From positions 250,016 through 314,015 of the forward strand of contig JBPCLP010000021.1 of the NCBI GenBank assembly GCA_051003195.1: a DNA stretch of 64,000 nt, read 5' to 3'. Below the pieces are notes generated by a model, which had not been told where the DNA came from, made no database searches, and saw nothing but the letters and a program-made list of their open reading frames with translations. The translations under genes and the position numbers were made by a program. Below, piece after piece: positions 1 through 10,514 of the stretch. Position 1 is the first letter of the stretch; each line of letters starts with the position of its first letter. Origin of the DNA: Candidatus Sumerlaeaceae bacterium. GTDB taxonomy: Bacteria; Sumerlaeota; Sumerlaeia; Sumerlaeales; Sumerlaeaceae.

Positions 1-2
1 TG

Positions 3-539
3 GTGGTGGCGCAGTCGGCTCGTATCGTGCCGGATATCAGCCAACGCGTGCTGAACTTCGAACTAACCTCCGGTTCGATCCATTTTTCGAACGCTGGCAA
101 GCCCGGCGCTTACGACCTGGTGCGTTTTGACACTATGAGGAAGGGCTACGTCCCTGTTTTCGCACGTACGGAAGAGGGCTACTACATAAAGAAGACCAAC
201 GAAATGAGCAGTGCGGAGCTGATGCAGTCGCGCAGAGAGGCCGGAAACAAGCGCGGCGCACGCTTTATGGTGGAACTTCTGCAGCGCTACTCCGTACCAC
301 TGGCGTGCATAGCTTTTGCGCTTATTGCCATCCCACTGGCCGTGTATGTGCGACCGACCGGCAAAGCGATTGCATTTGCCATGTCCTTTTTGCTTATATT
401 GGTCTATTACGGCCTCCTGCAATATGGCATTGCCCTTGGTAAAAATGGAAGCACACTTGGCGCAGTTGCTATTTTTTTGCCGAATGTACTGTTGATGAGC
501 GTTGGCTCGATCCTGCTCTACCGGATGGTATTAAAGTGA
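3..539 (+). CDS. LptF/LptG-family LPS export permease, C-terminal part (5' end outside window)
   Basis: C-terminus R-Y-S-V-P-L-A-C-I-A-F-A-L-I-A-I-P-L followed by three TM helices ending 'FLPNVLL' is typical of LptF/G (YjgP/Q); lies directly upstream of an LptD-like gene. Confidence 0.85.
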   Translation: MVAQSARIVPDISQRVLNFELTSGSIHFSNAGKPGAYDLVRFDTMRKGYVPVFARTEEGYYIKKTNEMSSAELMQSRREAGNKRGARFMVELLQRYSVPLACIAFALIAIPLAVYVRPTGKAIAFAMSFLLILVYYGLLQYGIALGKNGSTLGAVAIFLPNVLLMSVGSILLYRMVLK

Positions 540-570
540 GACGGCTCGCCGCCGCAAAAGAACTGTTCCG

Positions 571-3500
571 TTGAGCCTGCAACTGCCACGCTGGGTTGCG
601 GGTACAGTCTGGATTGGACTGGTATGCGGTGTCTCCATCTGGATGCACGGGCAGACAAATCGTCCGTTAGCCTCTACGCCCGCTACTGCCAGGGCTGGAG
701 TTGCGCGTCTATCCCCACCAGCGCATCCGCAAAACGGAAGCTATCCACAATTGCAGCAAGCCCCTGCAACTGCATCTCCGGCAGTCGCTGAGACGGAGGC
801 GAACGTTCCTGGCGGCTCCAGGGCAATCGAAACCGGAGCCGCGGATATCAATGTCGAGGCTGCCGCCGAGCGAGCAGAGCTCCCGGCAGCCGCTCTGCTG
901 AAGGACGTGCAATCAGTCAGCCGTTTGAGCGAACGCGACTGGGATCCCGCGGAGTTTGAGCAGCTTGCCGCGCCGTCGTACGAAACCACGGATGTGCTTT
1001 CGCAGCTTGCGGTCGGTTCGGTGGTCGTACCGCCCCAGATTCTAAGTGTCGAGGAACTGCTGGCAGCCAATCGTCCGGTTGAACCCATCGGATATGGGGC
1101 GCCTGCGATGGGCACCGGCGTGCCGTTTCGAATTGGCACGGGCACGGCTGGGGCCGACCCTGCTGCACCAGGCCCCCTGGCGGCCGGCAAGGTCGAGATC
1201 GAATCAACCGATTACCTGGATTACGACGAAGAGCACAATCACATCTACGGACAGGGGCGTATCGTAGTTCGCTTCGGGGCCTATAAGCTCGAAGCAGATC
1301 GCATCCTGATAGATACCCGAATCCAGGAAGTACAGGCATACGGGCACGTTATCCTGAGTAGCCCTACGGAGTACATGGAGGCCGAGTCGCTATGGTTTGA
1401 TGGACTCCACAGTCGCGGCGTAGCATATAATGCGCGCGGTCATACCGGCAACTTCTTTGTACTGGCAGGAGATCCGCACGAGGCCGATGGTACGACAATT
1501 CGCCAGGTGAGCGAGGCAGAAACTGTCATGAAGGACTCCTGCTTTACGATGTGCGATTTTCCGGTGCCACATTATCGGATTCGTGCGAAGGAGTTCACGA
1601 TCATTAATAACGAGCGGATTTTCGCCAGCAATGTTGTGCTGTACGTGCTGGAGTGCCCTGTGCTGTGGCTGCCCTATTTCACGCGTGCCATGAATGATGA
1701 GAATCCCTTTGGCATCAGCGGGGGTATCGATTCGCAATTAGGATTCTTCGTCCGGCTGCACTACGATTACCGACACAGCTGTTTTACGCCAAGCGACGTT
1801 GATGATCGGCTGATGATACGAGCATCAAGCGGACACGCGCGCCTGCGGCTGGATTTTATGTCCAAGCGCGGATTTGGCGAAGGCATAAACTACAACTACA
1901 ACCTCGATTACGGACGCCATTTTGGGCGGCTTGATGCGTATCACATAGCGGACAGCCAACGCAATGTCGATGGCGAAACCGGAACGGAACGCAATTACCT
2001 GGATTGGTATCACCGGAGCCGAATCACCGATGAACTCGACTACATGATAGACGTGAACTATGCCAGCGATCCGGATATTTATTACGACATCCTGGATCGG
2101 CTACGTGGATCGGGAGAGCCCCGCCAGGGCCGGTTCCCGGAACGGAGTCTACAAACCGGGTTGGAGTGGACGTGTGACGACTTCTTTGCCGGGATCCAGA
2201 TAGAATTAAAAGACCGCATCGGACGAAACCGGGTCTCGAATTTTGGAGAGTTCCGCGATGGAGATTTCGACTTTGACCGCAGTTACAATAACGAAGGATT
2301 CTTCACGCTGACCGCTCCCGGTGTGGGACCGGACGGGAATTTTTATCCAAACGCGGGGATCTACACAGATCCTTCTACTTTGCAGGAAGACATCGACGCG
2401 GGTGTGGCTTCAAGCCGCTATGGGCGGGTCAGCGAGAGGCTGCCACAGCTGACGGTTTCTTCCAACCGGATGCGCTTATGGTGCCTGCCATTGTGGTACC
2501 ACGTAGACCTGAACGTTTTCAACAACCTGGACAAAGGGTTGAACATCGTAAGTACGCGAGACGACAGTTTTGTGCAGGGCTTCGACCTGTATCAATCCAT
2601 CTCCCACCTCGCCAAATTCTGTGAGCGGTACACGCTGCTGACCAAGGCAGGGCTGGGTATGGGTGTCGCCCAGCGCGACGACGATTCGTACAATCTCGAC
2701 TTTCCTGCAGGCGCAACTTTCCCGTTCATTTACAACGGTCAGAGAATCAACGGACAGCCGCTCGGCCTGACATTTGTCGACAAGGACACATTCCTCGTGG
2801 GTGAACGGCAAATGAGCCTTTCGGATGTGGATCCAGCATTTGTCTACGGGGACCTCGACAGCAGGTTCAATGCGAGAATATCTGAGTGCCTGAGTGCTTT
2901 CATCAGGTATCGCTTCAGGGAAGGGACCGATAATAACCTGGGGACCTTCTACGAATCGATGGGTGCGCGTAAAAGCATGGATGACTTGTATGCGTTTCGC
3001 ACACCGGAGCATTGGATTGAAAGTGGTCTTTCCTACCAGTTAGATAATCCGCGCTTAAGTGCCAATATGACCTTCGGCCAGAACTTGCAGACGGAAGGCG
3101 ATGTTACCCCGAACGAGCTACTCGGTTACAGCAACCTGTCGCTCACCTATACCAATTTGTGCAACACCCTGGTGTTAAATGGAGGTGTCGGCTTCCAGGA
3201 ACGACAGATGCGCGATCCTACTGATCCCAACGCTTTCGTCCAGAACGCTGCCACGTACTATGTGAGCGGCTCGTATTTGCCAATTCACCAGAGATGGTGG
3301 ACCCGCATGTCAGCCTTCTTCATCGATAACAACGACATCGATCCGCTTGGTTTAAGCGCGAGCGGCACCCGGGATCTGGATACGCGCGACGAAGCCATCC
3401 TGGATTACGCGCTCGGTCGCAAGATTGGGCCTAAATACCTTGTGGAATTCCGAAGTGTAATGCGAACGCGCACGACGGAGAATGAAGACTCGTACCTGCG

Positions 3501-3723
3501 GCTGGAACGCGATTTCCACGACATGGTCGCCGGTGTTTCCGTCGGCATTCGTTCGCGAAATCGGCTATCCACCGAAGACGAAGGAACGGCGAAGGACAAT
3601 TTCCAGGTGCGTTTCAATATGCGCTTTAAACCGTCGAATGAAAAGGGTGTAAGTCCTACGGTCACTCGTTCGTCGAAATTGTACAGTGCAGATCGTGTAA
3701 GCGGTTTCGAGCGCGGAGGTTGA
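571..3723 (+). CDS. lptD: LPS-assembly protein LptD-like (N-terminal low-complexity extension, OstA-like jellyroll, beta-barrel)
   Basis: OstA-like segment (LEADRILID...AYGHV), FTMC...PHYRIRAK...PVLWLPY motif, long aromatic-rich amphipathic beta-strand region; TTG start uncertain. Confidence 0.75.
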   Translation: MSLQLPRWVAGTVWIGLVCGVSIWMHGQTNRPLASTPATARAGVARLSPPAHPQNGSYPQLQQAPATASPAVAETEANVPGGSRAIETGAADINVEAAAERAELPAAALLKDVQSVSRLSERDWDPAEFEQLAAPSYETTDVLSQLAVGSVVVPPQILSVEELLAANRPVEPIGYGAPAMGTGVPFRIGTGTAGADPAAPGPLAAGKVEIESTDYLDYDEEHNHIYGQGRIVVRFGAYKLEADRILIDTRIQEVQAYGHVILSSPTEYMEAESLWFDGLHSRGVAYNARGHTGNFFVLAGDPHEADGTTIRQVSEAETVMKDSCFTMCDFPVPHYRIRAKEFTIINNERIFASNVVLYVLECPVLWLPYFTRAMNDENPFGISGGIDSQLGFFVRLHYDYRHSCFTPSDVDDRLMIRASSGHARLRLDFMSKRGFGEGINYNYNLDYGRHFGRLDAYHIADSQRNVDGETGTERNYLDWYHRSRITDELDYMIDVNYASDPDIYYDILDRLRGSGEPRQGRFPERSLQTGLEWTCDDFFAGIQIELKDRIGRNRVSNFGEFRDGDFDFDRSYNNEGFFTLTAPGVGPDGNFYPNAGIYTDPSTLQEDIDAGVASSRYGRVSERLPQLTVSSNRMRLWCLPLWYHVDLNVFNNLDKGLNIVSTRDDSFVQGFDLYQSISHLAKFCERYTLLTKAGLGMGVAQRDDDSYNLDFPAGATFPFIYNGQRINGQPLGLTFVDKDTFLVGERQMSLSDVDPAFVYGDLDSRFNARISECLSAFIRYRFREGTDNNLGTFYESMGARKSMDDLYAFRTPEHWIESGLSYQLDNPRLSANMTFGQNLQTEGDVTPNELLGYSNLSLTYTNLCNTLVLNGGVGFQERQMRDPTDPNAFVQNAATYYVSGSYLPIHQRWWTRMSAFFIDNNDIDPLGLSASGTRDLDTRDEAILDYALGRKIGPKYLVEFRSVMRTRTTENEDSYLRLERDFHDMVAGVSVGIRSRNRLSTEDEGTAKDNFQVRFNMRFKPSNEKGVSPTVTRSSKLYSADRVSGFERGG

Positions 3724-3754
3724 CGGCGGTGTTTTTGGGCAAAGGAGTGAGGTT

Positions 3755-4147
3755 ATGACTGAGAAAAAGAAGATTCTGGCCGTAGATGATGAAAGCGACG
3801 TTCTGCTGATTCTGAAAACGGCGCTGATTAGCGAAGGTTACCAGGTATTTACGGCGACCAATGGGCCCGATGCTATTGCGTTGGCCCGGGAACACACGCC
3901 GGACCTGATGGTGCTGGATATGATGATGCCGGACATGAATGGTTTTGAAACACTACGGCATATTCGGGATGGTTCGGCTACACAAGGTGTTCCAGTGATC
4001 ATGCTGACCGGGGTGTCCGATAAGGATAAGATTCGGCAGGCTCTCGATCTTGGAATCGATTACTATATTGTAAAACCGTTTGAATTTCATGACCTGATAG
4101 CGAAGGTAAAGCTGGCGATCTCGGACTCCAGTCGCCCTCCGATCTGA
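3755..4147 (+). CDS. Single-domain response regulator (REC)
   Basis: ILAVDDE, LDMMMP (phospho-Asp), MLT, KPF; RBS GGAG/GAGG upstream. Confidence 0.95.
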   Translation: MTEKKKILAVDDESDVLLILKTALISEGYQVFTATNGPDAIALAREHTPDLMVLDMMMPDMNGFETLRHIRDGSATQGVPVIMLTGVSDKDKIRQALDLGIDYYIVKPFEFHDLIAKVKLAISDSSRPPI

Positions 4148-4184
4148 GGCGCAGGTGAGGTGCCGCCGCCTTTAGCGCAGAGGT

Positions 4185-4931
4185 TTAGCGCAGGGGTTCC
4201 GCAGAGGTTTGTATGGAGTCCGCCTGTGTCAGCGCCCAGTAAGCACGCATCGCAGCCTGGTTCTCTGCGATTTTTTTCCGTGCACCCTCGCCCCGGCCTT
4301 TGATTTCGCCATTTACCCGCACAACGACTTCAAACTGCTTGTTATGATCGGGGCCGCTTTCGCTGATAATATCATACTCCGGAACTGTCTGCGAGAATTT
4401 TTGCACATGCTCCTGAAGCATCGATTTGTAATCACCGAACTCGTCGGTGGCAGAAAGCACGCGCGCCGGCTCGAAGATTTCTTTTTCCAGGAAGCGCATC
4501 ATCGGCTGAATGCCAAAATCGATATACATGGCCCCTACAACGGCCTCCAGGGCGCTGCCGAGCAAGGCCGGACGTTCCCGGCCACCGTGCAGTTCCTCGC
4601 CCTTGCCCAGCAGAATCAACTGCCCGAAACCTAATTCGAATGCGCGTTTACCAAGTACCCCGCGACTGATCATTTGGGACTTGTACTTGGACAATACACC
4701 TTCCCGCGAACGAGGATACTCGTTAAACAGGTATTCCGAAACAACGAGCCCGAGCACGGCGTCGCCCAGAAACTCCAGCCGTTCGTTGTCGTGCTCCAGC
4801 TGCATTTCAAAGGCGTAGCTGCTGTGAGTCAATGCGCGGTCGAGAAGCGCCAGGTCTCCCATCATGGCAAGGCCGTGCTGTTCGAGGAATCGCACAAGCC
4901 TTATCGTTCTCTCTGGGCTGAGGTTTTTCAA
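4185..4931 (-). CDS. rnc: Ribonuclease III
   Basis: ALTHSS, NERLEFLGDAVL signature, C-terminal dsRBD (DYKSMLQE...GPDHNKQF...KKIAENQAA). Confidence 0.97.
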   Translation of the reverse strand: MKNLSPERTIRLVRFLEQHGLAMMGDLALLDRALTHSSYAFEMQLEHDNERLEFLGDAVLGLVVSEYLFNEYPRSREGVLSKYKSQMISRGVLGKRAFELGFGQLILLGKGEELHGGRERPALLGSALEAVVGAMYIDFGIQPMMRFLEKEIFEPARVLSATDEFGDYKSMLQEHVQKFSQTVPEYDIISESGPDHNKQFEVVVRVNGEIKGRGEGARKKIAENQAAMRAYWALTQADSIQTSAEPLR

Positions 4932-4978
4932 ATGCAGTTCAGTCTTTATGGGATCCGTACAAATGCACAGTCTTTATG
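4929..4978. repeat. Imperfect direct repeat in the rnc leader
   Basis: CAAATGCA-GTT-CAGTCTTTATG (4929-4950) and CAAATGCA-CAGTCTTTATG (4960-4978). Confidence 0.8.
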
Positions 4979-5014
4979 CACATTGCGAATTGCTCTAGGC
5001 AACATTTACTTCAC

Positions 5015-7261
5015 TTATTGGATGGGTGAGCTCACGCGCTGGAGGGCTGGCGGGTATTCTGCGCTCAGCGCATCGAGCACGATTCTGCCCGTGGCCTTCA
5101 GCGCCTCCTGGTCCTGGGCAATATAAACGTCCTTAACAACCAATGGATACAGGGGCTGGTCCGACTCGGACGAGCGCTCAGGAACCAGGTCTTTCACAAG
5201 GCAGGTTGCACGCCGCCATTCTCCTGACCAATAGATTCCTTTTCCACCTTCTGTAAAATCCGCGGTAAAAGTAGTTCCGCGCGAATCAACCAGGTTTGCA
5301 CGCAGCCACTCCTGTTTGCCATCGCCGAGAATCCATACGCCCAGTTTTACGGGAGCCCGTTCAAGCAATCCACCCACTGGCACGTTGATGCGGCTTCTTC
5401 CATTACCGCGCATCGCATATTGCACCGCCACTGCACCCGTGCCTTCCTTATGATCGGCCACTACCTGCTGGATCCCCGTTGCGCCGGCATCATAATTTGT
5501 CCCAGTCAGAGAGAGGTGACGGTCCATGCTGTCAAATGAGGCGAGCACAGTGTGGCTGCTTTGATCCACAAAGTACGGGAGCGATCTCACCGTCTGCCCT
5601 ATGGACACTTGCAACTCGCCGGCTCCCGCGCGCTTTCCCTCGATCTTGATACGGTCGCAGGCAATACTACCACCGGCAGCTACGACGTTTATCATTTCTG
5701 GCTGAAGTACCATGCCTGCGTCGCGAGACGATAGCTGAACATCCAGCTGCTGTTTCTCCCCACTATCTAACAAGACTGCAGCGGGTTCGATCCTAAGGCC
5801 GGAGAGATCCTGGGCACGAATAGTCAGTTCGCCAGCGGCTGCACCCAGTTCGGCACGCACGGTTCCAGTGCCTGCAGTTTTGCCAATCTGCAGTTCAATC
5901 GTGTCGCCGGCCGCTTTGGTATGCTCTGAGATGTTTGCGACGATCGCCTGAAGCTGGCCTGCAGGATCGATGGCAACAGGCGTGTCTGTCTCATCGAAGC
6001 CCTTTACTTTGAGCCGCAACGGAACCCCGGTCGGAACAAGCAACGGATTACCCGCGGGCTCGAACATGAGCTTCCTGACGATTCCGGAGCCGGGGTCGGC
6101 AAGCACGACAAGCGAATTAGTGACAGGACGTGGCCCTTTCAAATCGCTGGGGTGATTGACGACCTTGCCGTCGACAACCATGGTGGTCGAGCCGCCGCCA
6201 TCCAGGTTAATGGCCTGGGAGCATCCGAGCTGCTTCATATATTCGGCGAGCTCATAGAGGTTTTGCCCGATACTCAGCTTCGGCTGCCTTCCATCAACGG
6301 TAACAAGATACAAAGTATGCTTGTCCGCAGAAATGCCCGCTGCGGTCCTGGGGTGTCGATCCGTCGCAAAACTACGGCCCATTTCCTCGGAGTCGTAATC
6401 CACTTGCACCTGGCCGTGTTTTAACAGGCTTGGGCCTCCACCAACGCATGTGCCGACAACACCTTGTATCTGGGGTATACTCGAGCGGATTGTGCACTTG
6501 CCGATTTTTTTGGGGCCGCCGTCCAGTTTAGACGGAACGGAAAGGATCAGTGTCTCGGGTGTGAGGGTGCTTGAGGTGTCCGCAGACACGGGCGCAATCG
6601 ACGCGGCAATCGACTGGTTGGGAAGAAACTCCGAATGCGGCAGTTTAATTATGTATCGATGGCCAGCTAACGGAGGAACCTGGATGCCGAATGGTGGCGT
6701 GAAAAGCAGTACGCTGTCCGTGCTGCCGCGGGTGTCATTGACCCGGTCGACGGTGAACTTACCCCCGGCGGTTTGTATCGTAATGTCCATATGGACCGGC
6801 CCGATATGTACTTTTCGATCTTTCGTAAGGGCAAAAACCGAGCGCTTTGCATTCGGTGAATTGCAGATCATGTTATTAGCGATCAGCAAACCAAGGGGTG
6901 AATAGGGACGCGGCGACATAGTCCAGAAATCGGCATTTACCGCGGCAAGGACCCGGCTGGTAGTCGAGGCAGCTTCACGCGCAACAACGTCCGGTATTCG
7001 CTCGCCGCGAAAAAGTGAGTCGTCTCCGGGCTCGGCCTTTAACGTCACACGGGGATTGGCAAGATCCACCCGCAGGACACTGAACTGTAACGGGCCGGTG
7101 GAAAAACGTTCGGTGCGGATCATGGTACCGGGACCAACCGGAGTAAATGCCTGGGACAGCGCTGGTGCCACACTTACACAGCAAGCCAGTGCCGATGCAA
7201 CAGCCGCGACAGCCGCGCTTCGGGCGGCCATAAGATACTGTTTTGTCGCGGTCCTTATCAA
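5015..7261 (-). CDS. Secreted phosphodiester glycosidase (NAGPA family) protein with C-terminal beta-rich domains
   Basis: Signal peptide; AAVNADF, GGGP.L, HPRTAAG, LVTVDGR, AINLDGGGST, VVNHPSD...RPVTNSL motifs. Confidence 0.9.
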   Translation of the reverse strand: MIRTATKQYLMAARSAAVAAVASALACCVSVAPALSQAFTPVGPGTMIRTERFSTGPLQFSVLRVDLANPRVTLKAEPGDDSLFRGERIPDVVAREAASTTSRVLAAVNADFWTMSPRPYSPLGLLIANNMICNSPNAKRSVFALTKDRKVHIGPVHMDITIQTAGGKFTVDRVNDTRGSTDSVLLFTPPFGIQVPPLAGHRYIIKLPHSEFLPNQSIAASIAPVSADTSSTLTPETLILSVPSKLDGGPKKIGKCTIRSSIPQIQGVVGTCVGGGPSLLKHGQVQVDYDSEEMGRSFATDRHPRTAAGISADKHTLYLVTVDGRQPKLSIGQNLYELAEYMKQLGCSQAINLDGGGSTTMVVDGKVVNHPSDLKGPRPVTNSLVVLADPGSGIVRKLMFEPAGNPLLVPTGVPLRLKVKGFDETDTPVAIDPAGQLQAIVANISEHTKAAGDTIELQIGKTAGTGTVRAELGAAAGELTIRAQDLSGLRIEPAAVLLDSGEKQQLDVQLSSRDAGMVLQPEMINVVAAGGSIACDRIKIEGKRAGAGELQVSIGQTVRSLPYFVDQSSHTVLASFDSMDRHLSLTGTNYDAGATGIQQVVADHKEGTGAVAVQYAMRGNGRSRINVPVGGLLERAPVKLGVWILGDGKQEWLRANLVDSRGTTFTADFTEGGKGIYWSGEWRRATCLVKDLVPERSSESDQPLYPLVVKDVYIAQDQEALKATGRIVLDALSAEYPPALQRVSSPIQ

Positions 7262-8448
7262 TGCAAACTCAGTTCAAGAATATCGATATTCCGGTCGGCT
7301 TTCGTAACCAGATCGGATGCGTCGTTCTCAAATGCAAGGCTAAGGGCCAGAGATTTCGGAGCACCTTGTGGCCATAGCAAGAGATCATATGCTGCCGGCT
7401 GCAATCCATCGAGGTACAGGCGGGCCAACTCGGATTCTCCTGATCGGAGGACAAGAATCGGCGACATGCCCAGCGCTTCTGTTCCTCGGACGCGCACGAG
7501 CAGCGAGGTTGTGCGAAACACGCCTGTATCAAAACGCGCTGCGACCGTGCCTGTTCTCGACAATTGAAGTGCAGTGCTCGTAAGGCGTGCACCCTGCGGC
7601 AATGCAAACCGGGTTAAATCCAAAGCAGCCAACTGTACCTGCGGCGCTGCTGAATCCATTAACGCGGTGGATTCTGGACCTTCCAACCGCAACATCGTGT
7701 TTGCAAGAGCAGCGAGTATAAGCGGCGGACTCGACATGCGTTCCGCTGCAGTCGCAAGTGATCGCAAGGCAGCCGTTGTATTACCTGCCTTGTCCATCAG
7801 CGCCGCTCGAATCGCTATTTCTGCGACTTGCGCGTCAGGAGTCTTGAAGATGGCAAGGCGCTGCAGATGCTGTTCCACCGCAGAATTATCATCGAGCTTC
7901 ATGCTGATCTTAGCGGTGCTTAAGATGCCTTCGAGAGAATCGCTGTTTTCCAAAGGTAGAATGGTGCGGATGGTTTCCCGGGTCGCACCTGCGTCAAGTG
8001 CGACACGCAACATCTCGCCACCACTCAGGTAATCGCCGGCCTGCCACAAGTACGTACCCAATAACCGGTAGGTTGCGCTCTCATCGTAACCTGCGGCCCG
8101 TACCTCGCGACCTCGTATCGCAGCACCCTTCTGCAACGCGTCGACCATCGTCATTACTGCGTCACGCGGCTTGCCACTGGTCGCCTGGATTTCAGCGAGC
8201 AGGTAAGTCGCTTCGAAATCATAATATTCCTGGGCGAGCCGCTTGCGGACGAGCAGCTCCGCCTCGGGGTATTGCTTCTGAGCGAGGTATTCTCTTACCA
8301 GGTAGCGATAGTTTTCAGGCATTCGCCGCGATAGCGTGAAGAACAATCCGGGAATGGCGGCGACTCCCGCGACAAATGCGGCAGCCAACAATATAAACAG
8401 CACTACCCAGCTGAAAGCTGGCCTCGCATAGCCAACCCGCGCAACCAA
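7258..8448 (-). CDS. Membrane-anchored TPR-like protein with C-terminal CBM60-like beta domain
   Basis: N-terminal TM, helical repeats, C-terminal V.G...P.L...F.ND....DRN pattern; ATGA overlap with the next gene. Confidence 0.6.
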   Translation of the reverse strand: MVARVGYARPAFSWVVLFILLAAAFVAGVAAIPGLFFTLSRRMPENYRYLVREYLAQKQYPEAELLVRKRLAQEYYDFEATYLLAEIQATSGKPRDAVMTMVDALQKGAAIRGREVRAAGYDESATYRLLGTYLWQAGDYLSGGEMLRVALDAGATRETIRTILPLENSDSLEGILSTAKISMKLDDNSAVEQHLQRLAIFKTPDAQVAEIAIRAALMDKAGNTTAALRSLATAAERMSSPPLILAALANTMLRLEGPESTALMDSAAPQVQLAALDLTRFALPQGARLTSTALQLSRTGTVAARFDTGVFRTTSLLVRVRGTEALGMSPILVLRSGESELARLYLDGLQPAAYDLLLWPQGAPKSLALSLAFENDASDLVTKADRNIDILELSLH

Positions 8449-8456
8449 GGTGCGGG

Positions 8457-10514
8457 TCAGGCCTCCCTTAATTGCATGTAGCGCTGGCGTGCCAGCAGGC
8501 CCAGCAAAATGCCTGCAGTCAGGAGTGTTGCGACCAGGAGTAATACGCTGCGTTGTGGGAAGTAATGACGTTCCGGAGCGACTGCGTGCGCTGCGACAGA
8601 GACGTCGCTCACGTCTTCACGCACTGCAATCTGCGCTTCCTGGACCTTCTGCAACAGAAGATCGGCAAAGCGTTGAATCGCCCGCTGGCGCAACTCGAGA
8701 ACCTCAAGATCCGCGGTCGCTTTATCTTTCTTCTGCTGATAAGTTTCGATGCGCAAGCGGCTGGCCTCAACGGACTGAGAAAGTGCACGGACTTCCTGCT
8801 CAATGAGCGCAATTTCCTGTGCTGTACTGGAAAGATTATTGGTCAGCTCGACATAGTTTCTGAAAAGCTGTTCGTTGCTTTTCTGCCAGCGATCGAGATT
8901 TTCCTTGATGAAAATCTCGCTCTGGCGCGCCTGGTAGAGCTCGTTCTGGAGCCTGCGCAATTGTGCATCCATCCGCGGCACAGTCGTATTCAGCTGCGCC
9001 ATTTCTCCCTCAAGGTTTTGCAACTCCTCGTATACTTTTGCGCGCTGGATACCGAGCTTCTCCCAGACCGGGTTGAGCTCCTGACGTTGAAACTGCACCT
9101 GTGCGAGGCTGCCCAGGTCCTGCCGACGTCCCGAAGCAATGGCGGTCCCGATCGCCTCCTCGGGTAGAGAAGTCGAAAGTGTGATGTACGGCTGAGTTGC
9201 CGAAAGCTGCTCATCAAGTTTCGCCAGCGTTTCCTTCAGAGTGCCAAGTCCAACGGTCCCGCTGCGGAGACGGCTGACGGCATCCAGATAATCCTGCTGT
9301 AATTGATCGCGTTCTTTCTCGAGCATCTCTAGCGGTTGCTGCTCGTAAAATTTGTTGGATTCTGTCATTGCTGATGCCAGTCTCGAACCGCTGCGCAGCG
9401 TCTCATCGTGAATACGGCTGTAAAGCTCTGCAACCGCGATGCTGCTACCGGAATCATCGGCAAGCGACAGGGTGTTGGAAAGAAGTTCTGTGTCCGCCGA
9501 AGTCTTGCTGCTGGAGAGATCAACTGTCGTTGTGCTTACGCCGGCGTCGGTACGAACCCGTCCGACCCATTCACCGTTCATTTCCATGGCAGCAATGAGA
9601 CCATGCAAGCGAGCGAGCCTGCCGCGCAGCCGATCCAGAGCCGCTTCCTTAACGACGAGCTGCTGACTGAAATTCCGGAAATTCTCAGAGTTCTCATCCA
9701 CCAGTCGCTGCAGGAGCTCGATATTGTTACGTGATTTGTATACAACGATGGTAGTCTGGATGTCCTCAAGTTCTGCCTGGCTCGTGTTCTGCTGCTTCAC
9801 GATACTATCATATTGCTGCGTAGTCTTCTGGCGTGTGAGCTGATCATATTTTCGCTCAAACAATGTTGCCCAGGTATTTGCGAGCGCCTGTGCTTTTGCG
9901 CCTGAGTCGCCAATGGCGTACAACTGAACAAGAGGCGAAAAGGTCAGGTCTGATGCTGTCTTCTTTTCGACAGTCTCCTCGCTTGAAAGCACTTTCGCCA
10001 GGTCGTCCGTCGTCATATCCTCCAGATCAGCCCGTTTAAAACTCAGGATGGCGCGCAATTCCTGCACACTTAATGCCGCAAGATAGGTTGCCAGGTCCTC
10101 ATCCTGGATATCGAGCAGGCGCGCGACGTCCGCTGGTGCAGCACCTGAAATAGCACTAAGCCGTGCTGCGTCCGCACCAGGTCCGAGTTTTGTATCGAGG
10201 AGCGTACGTGCAGTGCGTAATCGGTCTATTACCAATTGAAGTAGCTCGCCCGATTCCAGCAATGTACGAACGGTGCTGACACTCAGCGGTTGCGTTCGCA
10301 CTTCGGGCAGAAACCTTGGTGGGAGTACTATCACCGTCGCCTGCGCTTTGTAGCGGCGGGGCACCAGCATCAATACCCCGGCAAATACAAGCACGGCGAT
10401 GCCCAGGACCTTCATGATATACCAGCGGTTTTGCCACCAATAGCTGACTATGGCCGAGGCCACGTCGACCTGCGGCCGTCCGGCATGCGTGGCCGAGCTG
10501 TCGGCGGCGCTCAA
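8457..10514 (-). CDS. Wzz/GumC-like polysaccharide co-polymerase with long coiled coil, no tyrosine-kinase domain
   Basis: N-terminal TM then PRRYKAQATVIV, long heptad region, C-terminal AVAPERHYFPQR plus TM. Confidence 0.8.
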   Translation of the reverse strand: MSAADSSATHAGRPQVDVASAIVSYWWQNRWYIMKVLGIAVLVFAGVLMLVPRRYKAQATVIVLPPRFLPEVRTQPLSVSTVRTLLESGELLQLVIDRLRTARTLLDTKLGPGADAARLSAISGAAPADVARLLDIQDEDLATYLAALSVQELRAILSFKRADLEDMTTDDLAKVLSSEETVEKKTASDLTFSPLVQLYAIGDSGAKAQALANTWATLFERKYDQLTRQKTTQQYDSIVKQQNTSQAELEDIQTTIVVYKSRNNIELLQRLVDENSENFRNFSQQLVVKEAALDRLRGRLARLHGLIAAMEMNGEWVGRVRTDAGVSTTTVDLSSSKTSADTELLSNTLSLADDSGSSIAVAELYSRIHDETLRSGSRLASAMTESNKFYEQQPLEMLEKERDQLQQDYLDAVSRLRSGTVGLGTLKETLAKLDEQLSATQPYITLSTSLPEEAIGTAIASGRRQDLGSLAQVQFQRQELNPVWEKLGIQRAKVYEELQNLEGEMAQLNTTVPRMDAQLRRLQNELYQARQSEIFIKENLDRWQKSNEQLFRNYVELTNNLSSTAQEIALIEQEVRALSQSVEASRLRIETYQQKKDKATADLEVLELRQRAIQRFADLLLQKVQEAQIAVREDVSDVSVAAHAVAPERHYFPQRSVLLLVATLLTAGILLGLLARQRYMQLREA

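Noticed and set aside
4171..4207. 13-bp near-tandem duplication TTTAGCGCAG(A/G)GG across the rnc stop codon
   Set aside because: Looks like a neutral slippage duplication with no evident function
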